From assembly GCA_964252035.1 (NCBI GenBank), contig OZ176201.1: 64,000 nt of DNA, one strand, 5' to 3'. This DNA comes from Podarcis erhardii (taxonomy: Eukaryota). The notes beneath the pieces were generated by a model. It was not told the DNA's origin, made no database searches, and worked only from the letters and a program-made list of their open reading frames with translations. A program made the translations under genes and the position numbers. Shown here piece by piece: positions 56,112-64,000 of this stretch (position 1 is the first letter of the stretch; each line of letters opens with the position of its first letter).

Positions 56112-59100
56112 TACCCTACTTAATTTCCCAGGTGACTTCTAAGCACTTTACAAGTATAAAACAATTGCAAAATTTACATGCACACACAACCTCTCTGTGA
56201 GATGTGCACTCCTGTGCTACAGAGAGAGAGTGCGTAGCCTGCAAGCGACTACTAAGGGGAAAAGATATAACAACAATTCATCAAACAGCACTGAGGAGGG
56301 TAGGGTAGGGAGTGCAGAAATGTCATTGGGAATTAACCCATAGGTGCCCACAACAGTCTAGTCTACACAGTGCCAGCAATTGCAGTGGAAGTGCTTTCTA
56401 TAGGAAAACGCTGTAAACGTTGACAAAATACTGTGATGTGATTGCTCATTCAACATGCCTGCAATAGAAGCATCTTTTTCCCATGGATCCCCTAAAACAG
56501 ACTGCGAGCACAGACAGCATTCAGAGTATGAGCTCAGACATACCCACAAATCAATTGAGTGGCTTTGCATCCCTTTCTGCATCAGCCACTAATTTCTGGT
56601 CCTGAACTACAAAGGCCTCTGCAGCCATTTATTTCTGTCCTCGTTTCCTGACATGTTCCTGGCTCTAATCTTTATTCCTCCAACCACCATCTCCTGCTTC
56701 CTTCCACAACTCTGCTGTCCATTCTCTCTTGCTCCCTCTTCCTTTCCCCTAGAACTCTCTCCCAGAACATTCCCATTGTGTCACCTCCCCCTCCACCACT
56801 CTCCCTTCAGATGCCTCCTTAACAGCCCACTTTCCTCCATGAAGGTCTTTTCTCCTTCTTTCTCAGCTGAAACAAAGTCAAAGTATGCAAAGCTGCGCTT
56901 TTCACACCCACTACTTGCTAGCCTTTTAGTGGCCCCTCTCTTGGAATTCAGACTCTTAAGTTCCTTGGATCATTTTGCCTGATGGATAAATATAGGGATA
57001 GAAGGTGTGAAAGAGCTGCAGCTCAGTGAAAGAGCACATGGTTTGTATGCAGAGGGTCCCAGGTACAATTCCTGACATCTCTAGGTAGGGCTGGAAATGG
57101 TCTCTGCCTAATACTCCGGGGAGACTCTGTTGGTCAGTGTAGACCAGGACTAGCCAACTCATTGGCCTCCAAATGTTGTTGGACAATACTTCCCACCACC
57201 CATGTCAACCAGCTATGCTGGCTGACACATAGCCCTCAAGCATCCCGATTTTCCCAGGACATCTTGGAATTACAGAAGACATCCTAGCTTCTGATGGGAC
57301 CCTGGAATGTCCAGTTTTCCCGCTCCACCATTGCCACTGCTGACAAGCTCAGGGAGGAGGATGAGCTGGTGCTTTCAGCCGGCACTGATGCTTGCACATG
57401 TCTTTCTGTGCTGTGCTCGCTTGAGTCAGCTGGCTCGCATGGCAGTGCAGCACTAAAAGATGCCATCCTGATTTTCGTCAGCAGAACGTTGGGGGGTATG
57501 CTGAAGCTGATGAGGACTAGAGTCCACAACATCTGAAGGGTACCACATTTGTGTAGATAACACTGAGACAGATGAACCAATGGTCTGACTCAATATATGG
57601 AGACTTCCTGTGTTCCTATGTACTGTACAAATGTTTTTGACATAAACCACCTTGAGAAAACTCTGCTCTGGAAGGTGGCACATAAATTCCTAAATAAATA
57701 CATAAATAAAATACCAAAATGGGACATCACAACCATATTTTGTACAGGATTTCAGTGTGGCCAGGAAGTACAGTAGTCAACTACCTGTCCAATGCCCACT
57801 TTCCACACTGAGAACAAAGAATCATCCAGACATTCAGACAGAACCAGAGAGCACCAGACATCCTTTTACAAGCAAAGATGAGGGGGTTTGGGGGGTGGCT
57901 CAAGGAATTAATCAATATTTAAACAAACATTCATACAAAAAAAAAATCAAAAAATCTGCGCTGGATGTTTTTGCCTTCAATTATTATGGGCTTCTGGTCT
58001 CTAGGGAAACTTCTCGGTGTCCATAGCAACCTGTCACCAGGCTGGTGAGCTCAGTGCCTGAAAATATAAGAGGACTGAGCATGATAAGGAGAGGTATTGG
58101 GGGTGCAGGGAGGGGGGGAAGACGCATGGGCTGCAGACTTCAATTAAATGGCAGGGCTGTAGCTGTGACTCTTATCTCCCAACAGAAAGTCCTGTTTCTG
58201 CAGAAGAAACTTGGTGAGATCTAACCACAGGATCTGTGCTTTCCTGCTTTCTCTTATCTCTGCTCAGCATTAAAGAAGCTATTTCCAAGTTCAGGATTGA
58301 TTAACCCAAGGCTCTTGTTGGAATTCCCCCTCATTTATGTGACTGGCGTTGTTTTCCTCTTTCTGCAATTGTTTCCCAGGAGTTTGCCACTCCTCCTTGC
58401 CCCTGTATGAGAGCATTACAGGCACTGCCTTGCTCCTTTGCAGAGGGACAGTCGATCAGGGCCAAGCTCATTACGCCAAAATAATCCAGTAATAATGTAA
58501 GTAGCATTAGGAACCTTGCAGCAACGAGAGGAACAGGGCAGGGGGGAGGGAAAAGCCCAGTGGAATGCCTTAATCTTTCAGTGGTTCACTCCTGCCTGAA
58601 GCAGACGTGCTTACTTAGCAAGAAATTAAAGCCAAGTTCACCTCATCTCATCATCATTAATGCATTGGTGCTCTTTCTGCACCAGTGCAAAGGAATACAC
58701 GGAGTACTGATCTCTCTGGTGTAATTCCAGAGAGTTGTAGCTGGGGCAGAGTAGCCAGTGGAGCTTGATGCATTTCCAAACCCTTGTTTCACTCAATGTT
58801 CTCAGTGATGAGTAGGCAGAGGGAAAAACAGCAGACAGAGGAGCTCCATAAGACAACTCAGCTATGGTCCCTCCAGTTTACTCACAGTGATGTTACAACT
58901 CCAAGATGTTTTAGTGTCTCAGGCAGAGCAGTAAAAGGCATCCTCCTGTAAACCAGGGTACACAGACCCCAAGACCAGCCAATGTATTTAGGTATCTTCT
59001 GCAGAAGACCCCACAAGCACCTCTACTACTGCCTGATAATAAAAATGAAGGAGTAAATTAAATAACAGAGAAACTGCTGACCTTCCATGATGTCCAAAAT

Positions 59101-60674
59101 TTGCCTCCTGAGGCATATGTCTCACTCTGCCTAATGGGAGGGCCAGCTTTGTTTAAGGCCAAAACACATATCCAAGGTGCTGTAGGGATGCCACCCAAAC
59201 AGCTTCTTGTTGCATGGATTGTTGCCCGTGTATTGTGAATTTCCAGGGACCTATCAGTAGCCACCAAAAATGGGAAGAGATTGGATAGAGGGTACTCTCA
59301 CCAACATGATGGCATTGATCTACATAAGCGATGCCCAGGGATAACCTGCCGCAAGGAAGCTTGTGTGTATGTAATGTAACATGCTTTTCTAGCTTTTGTG
59401 GGTTTTCTCTCTTCATGTGCAAAAGCTAAACGTGTTCAATAACTGGAGGGAAACCTCAAGGGGACAATAGCATCTTTTATTTTGCCATACCCTTATATTA
59501 AACTTTGTACTGTATTGACTGTGCTGGAAATGTTGCTGGGTCCCAACGACAATGAATGATGGCACATTCTCCATTGGAGCCTCAGAACCCTGGATTTGGT
59601 CTGAATTTTCCAGTGCCAAGTGAAAAAGCCATGTGCAACATATGCAGCAATTATGAGTTTTACAGGTGGCACACACTCCCCCCCCCCCCCGTCATCTCTG
59701 ACCCTACAAAAGTAGCAGAATTTGATTGTGAGCCTTTGCTTTTGGAGGAGACAAGCTAAAGCTGAAGGTCTCTAGCCGTCACTTGGCCATCAAAGATGAC
59801 ATTTCCATTTTGCTTATCATCATGGTGTTATTCCTATGTACTTGAGCAGGGATCTTCCCAGCAAGCCCTGCTGCATTCTCTGAGCTCTTATCTCCTTGAC
59901 TCCTTCTTGGCTAATACCTGCTGTGTTCTGCCAGAGGCAGCTGTGATTGGTGGAGGAGCAATCTGTGTCAATTAAACACAGAGGCCATTGGGAGAAAGAG
60001 ACTGTTGGGGCGATGAAAAGGATTATTATACATGCAGAAAAGTACTGAGTCAGAACTAATGGCTCTACACTGTCACCTCCCAACCTCCCACCCCAGGTAA
60101 ATGGCAAGTGTCTTGATTATAGACACTTTATAATGCAAAAAGGCAGAACAGATATCACAAATATTGGACTTAGAGGGGTTTAGCACTTGTGGTAAAATAG
60201 CCTGAGGGTGCTTTATCTTGCTGTGCTCATTAACCTGCAGCTGTGGGTGTCCGTGTGGTAATTTACTGTTGCATTCATGAACAATATTTCTTTGGTAAAA
60301 CGGGATGTTGCATTTCAAAAAGGAGAGCGTTCTGTAGGCACTCTGTGTCAAGAATTATGGTGGTGTTATACTCTGTGTGGGCCATAGATCAGAGTTAGAA
60401 CATCTGCTTTGTATTATTATTATGCAGATGGTCCAAAATTCAATCACTTGCATTTCCAGGTAGAGTTGGGAGAGACCCCATGTCTGAAATCCTGGAGAGC
60501 TACTGCCAGTCAGTGTGTAGACAATACTGAGCTGGATGGACCAATAGTCTAACTCAATTGAGTTTTTATGCTCCTATATTTTGATACAACAGACTGAATA
60601 CAGCTACCTCTTTGGAAAAAAGAGGTAGAAAACCAGGACAGAATCTCCCTTTTTCTGTCTTTGTCTCTCCCCAC

Positions 60675-60741
<67 letters not shown>

Positions 60742-60814
60742 GCACACACATTTTCAAACACTCATGCACCTGCATTTACAAACCCTGACACCGGCCAGGT
60801 TTCCAAGATGCATA

Positions 60815-61171
60815 TAAAGGTAAAGGTACCCCTGCCCGTTCGGGCCAGTCTTGCCGGACTCTAGGGTTGTGCGCTCATCTCACTCTATAGGCCGGGAGCC
60901 AGCGCTGTCCGCAGACACTTCTGGGTCACGTGGCCAGCGTGACAAGCTGCATCTGGCGAGCCAGCGCAGCACACGGAACGCCGTTTACCTTCCTGCTGGT
61001 AAGCGGTCCCTATTTATCTACTTGCACCCGGGGGGGCTTTTGAACTGCTAGGTTGGCAGGCGCTGGGATCGAGGGATGGGAGTGCACCCCACCGCGGGGA
61101 TTCGAACCGCCAACCATGTGATCGGCAAGTCCTAGGCACTGAGGTTTTACCCACAGCGCCACCCGCGTCCC
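60815..61171 (-). mobile_element. Full-length Sauria SINE
   Basis: tRNA head with A box TGGCGCTGTGG and B box GGTTCGAATCC; (ACCTTT)n BovB-type tail; 12-bp TSD AAGATGCATATA (60805-60816 / 61173-61184). Confidence 0.93.
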
Positions 61172-64000
61172 TAAGATGCATATACATGGGTGTTTAAAGA
61201 TGTGTTTGTGGCATCTCCACTTAGACATGTTTCTTGCAGAAGACAGTGGTGTAATTCCAGCATTTCATGCAGCAACCATAATGCATGGAGCTGTGAGCCA
61301 TTAAGTTTAGAATCACAGAGTACGGCATGTGGAATGGTACCCAGATTGCCAGAGGCAGTAGATTTGAGTTCTGAAATGAAGGAAGTGTCTAACATAATCC
61401 TGTCTATTTACTGACCTAGAGGCATGACAGCTGATTTAAGTTGCTAAATCTAGTATAAATGTCGTGCATGAGAATCTCCTAAATGCTCAATATAAAGTAT
61501 CTACAAACCACTGCAGCAGCAGACAGAAATGGTTCTCATGAGGAGGGATCTATAGACTTACTTGTGGTTATGACAAAAGCAAACCCTGACTACCTTTCTC
61601 AATGTATTAACTGGTGCAAAAGTGTAATCAAAAGAGTGCGCACAAGGTAGTTTAAGGGATCCAGCCAAAAACAGACTATAGATCACATCCACACCATACA
61701 TTAAAAGCATTCTCACACCACTTTAACACTTATGGCTTCCCCCCAAAGGTTCCTGGGACCTGTAGTTTGGAAAGGGTGTTGAAAATTGTTAAAAGACACC
61801 CACAAAGCTATAACTCCCAACACTCTTAAACAACAACAGCACCCAGGATTCTTTGATGAAAACTAAGGCTGTTAGAGTGATGTAAGAGTGTGGAAGTGAC
61901 CATAATAACTAGTATACTGGATGGATGGGAGGGGTCGAGTTGCATCATTTAGCTAGAATCTAGCTTATGACTGCATGTCCTGAGCTGGATGCAATGCAGA
62001 CGTGTGGGTGTAAGTTAAAGTATGTTAAGCCCTGCTGAAGACAACATGTAGCTGCAGCAGATGGAGGGTGGGGTCCAAGGAAGAGGAAGAAACCAATACC
62101 TGATATTATGACCACATCCCCATTGGTCCTTTTGACTTTGCCCACTTTCTACTTGACCACTGACCATTGCCCACTTTCTACTTGACCACTGCCACACGTA
62201 ACAGCCGTGTCCTGTGCTCTGGACTAATGCAAACTGGAAGCTATAGATCACCATTAAGAACACATCACTGCAAGCCTCCCAGTGCAAGCACCCGCTTTAT
62301 AATTCCGTCCCTGGGTGACGTGTTGGCATCTTTGAGTTATCTGCTCTCACAGGGGTACAGAACAGCTTGATCTAATTAACTACCTGTAATTAATTTTTGC
62401 GAAGTGCTTTGAGGAGGCACAGGTGAAGGATGCGATAGGAATGCAAAGCAGTCTTCGTGTACCGGCAAGCATTTAGCGCATTGGGTGTAGGTGATGCGTG
62501 GCAGCTTTACCATGTGGCTGGAGGGTGAAAGGAGCTGGCATGTTTCGATGGATGGGACTATAGTGGCGTGCGGAAGATGTGGGGATCTTGGCGGCAGCAT
62601 CTGCAGCATGTATGGCTGGATGAATGTATGCAGCGGAGCATGGCGGTGCATCCTAGTCAGTGTGCATGGCGCTTGTATACCAGCAAGAGGCTGGCAGCAT
62701 AATCGCAAGGCAGCATTTGATTTGACAGCCTCTGCTCAAAAACTGGCTCACTGGGCAAGCACTTCGCTCCCCATGCAGACTACCCACCTTTGCAACTGCT
62801 CCTCCCACTCCTTTCATGCGATGATGGGAACAAACGAATGATTAATCACGTTAATCTCTGCACATTTCCTGCAGTAATTGGCCTGTAAATCATCCTCTCA
62901 GAAAAATCCACACTGTGTGGCAGTTGCCAAGGCCAGGGAATAAATTGCACTGTAGGTTTTACAGAGGCATAGCTCCTCCAGGCAGGTAGAGTTTTTGCCC
63001 TTGGGTACAACTCTTGAGTCGTACATAGGACAGCTCTGGCAGCTGCCAGCCACCCTCATTAAGTGGGGCTGCCATATTTCCAGGTAGGACTTCCAAGAAA
63101 TTAATGGGGGGGGGGGAGAGATCAGTTATTTTCTCATAACCAGCCAAACCTCCTGGGTTAGTTGGTCTCTGTTTGATTGTCTGCTCTGGAAGACCTGCTT
63201 GAACTACATGGCTAGTTATTTAAGGAAGAAAGTTAAAGGAGGGGCGTAGTAATCAGACCATTAGTCTATCTACTCCAGGATGGTCTGTTATGATAACTGG
63301 CAGTGGCTCCCTGGTATTTCAATCGGGAGACAATCCTAGTCCCATCTGGAGATGCCAGGGATTGAAATTAGCAAAGCCTGTGCTCAACCACTGAGCTATA
63401 GCTCTACCAGTCAACACCCACAGCCTTTCCCCTAGTATATGCAGAACTACAGCAACTGGCTCCCAAGTGTGAGCATGGCTGGAGAACCACACTGCCGAGG
63501 TATCTGTGAAGGGCTTTCCCTCTTCACGCCACTGGAATCTCCCCAGGAATCCAAGTGTAGGTGGATGCACGTGCCTACAAGCTGTAATTAGCTGCCACCC
63601 TTCCAGCAGCAGAGGAATTAAATAGGTCAGTCTTCTCTGTTTTGCCTGAGCCTCAAAACAATAAAAGAGGCACATACTATAGCATTTATATAATTGATCA
63701 CCTAGGGCACAATCCTAACCCTGGATCTGCCGGAATCAGCGAGTTAGGATCTGGCTAATCTCCAGTTTAGCTGGCTGTTCAGCCAGGCCATGCCAGCATA
63801 AGTCCCTAACCCTAATTCAGCTGGAGATAAGACAGCATAACTCGCTCATCCAGGGTGTAGCAAACTCAGGCAGTCCCAGCAGATCTTGTGCCATCAAAAG
63901 TCTTGGGAAATGGGTTGGGATGCTTGCGAGTTGTGCAATGTGTGGCATGTTCCACGTTTGTTTGTTTATCCAGTTGTGTTGCTGCATGTGACTGTGTGAT

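Noticed and set aside
1-64000. The several hundred 60-170 aa ORFs in the six-frame track as independent genes
   Set aside because: Apart from those overlapping ABLIM3 exons or LINE remnants, they show no recognisable domains, often use non-ATG starts, and are expected by chance in intronic DNA.
55119-64000. Canonical short ATG exon (MNTS-like, ~13 coding nt)
   Set aside because: No convincing ATG-plus-donor match was found; it probably lies beyond the right edge, but a 13-nt exon could be missed by eye.

Overview
Eukaryotic (squamate, most likely lacertid lizard) genomic DNA lying within one minus-strand, intron-rich gene, ABLIM3 (actin-binding LIM protein 3). I traced 18 consecutive coding exons (55118 down to 548, 1778 nt in total). 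All have GT-AG boundaries and compatible phases, and they encode the four LIM domains, the AbLIM anchor region and the Ser/Pro-rich linker. The ATG exon and the villin-headpiece exons were not found and presumably lie outside the window. Exon numbers follow my recollection of human ABLIM3 and are provisional. The introns are full of squamate transposons: young and old CR1, L1, L2 and BovB LINE fragments, Sauria and Squam-type SINEs, Tc1/mariner, hAT-like and Harbinger-like MITEs, and microsatellites. The most unusual object is a 257-bp Penelope-like insertion with a 12-bp TSD. It forms a perfect 96-bp inverted repeat and carries a minimal hammerhead-ribozyme motif on each strand, one of them in the ABLIM3 pre-mRNA sense. 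Other leads are an RBFOX/PTB-type arrangement around exon 14, several RFX X-boxes including a tandem pair, a CTCF-like motif cluster, and a CpG-enriched, phase-compatible candidate alternative first coding exon. All identifications were made by eye and from recalled family knowledge; no database search was run.
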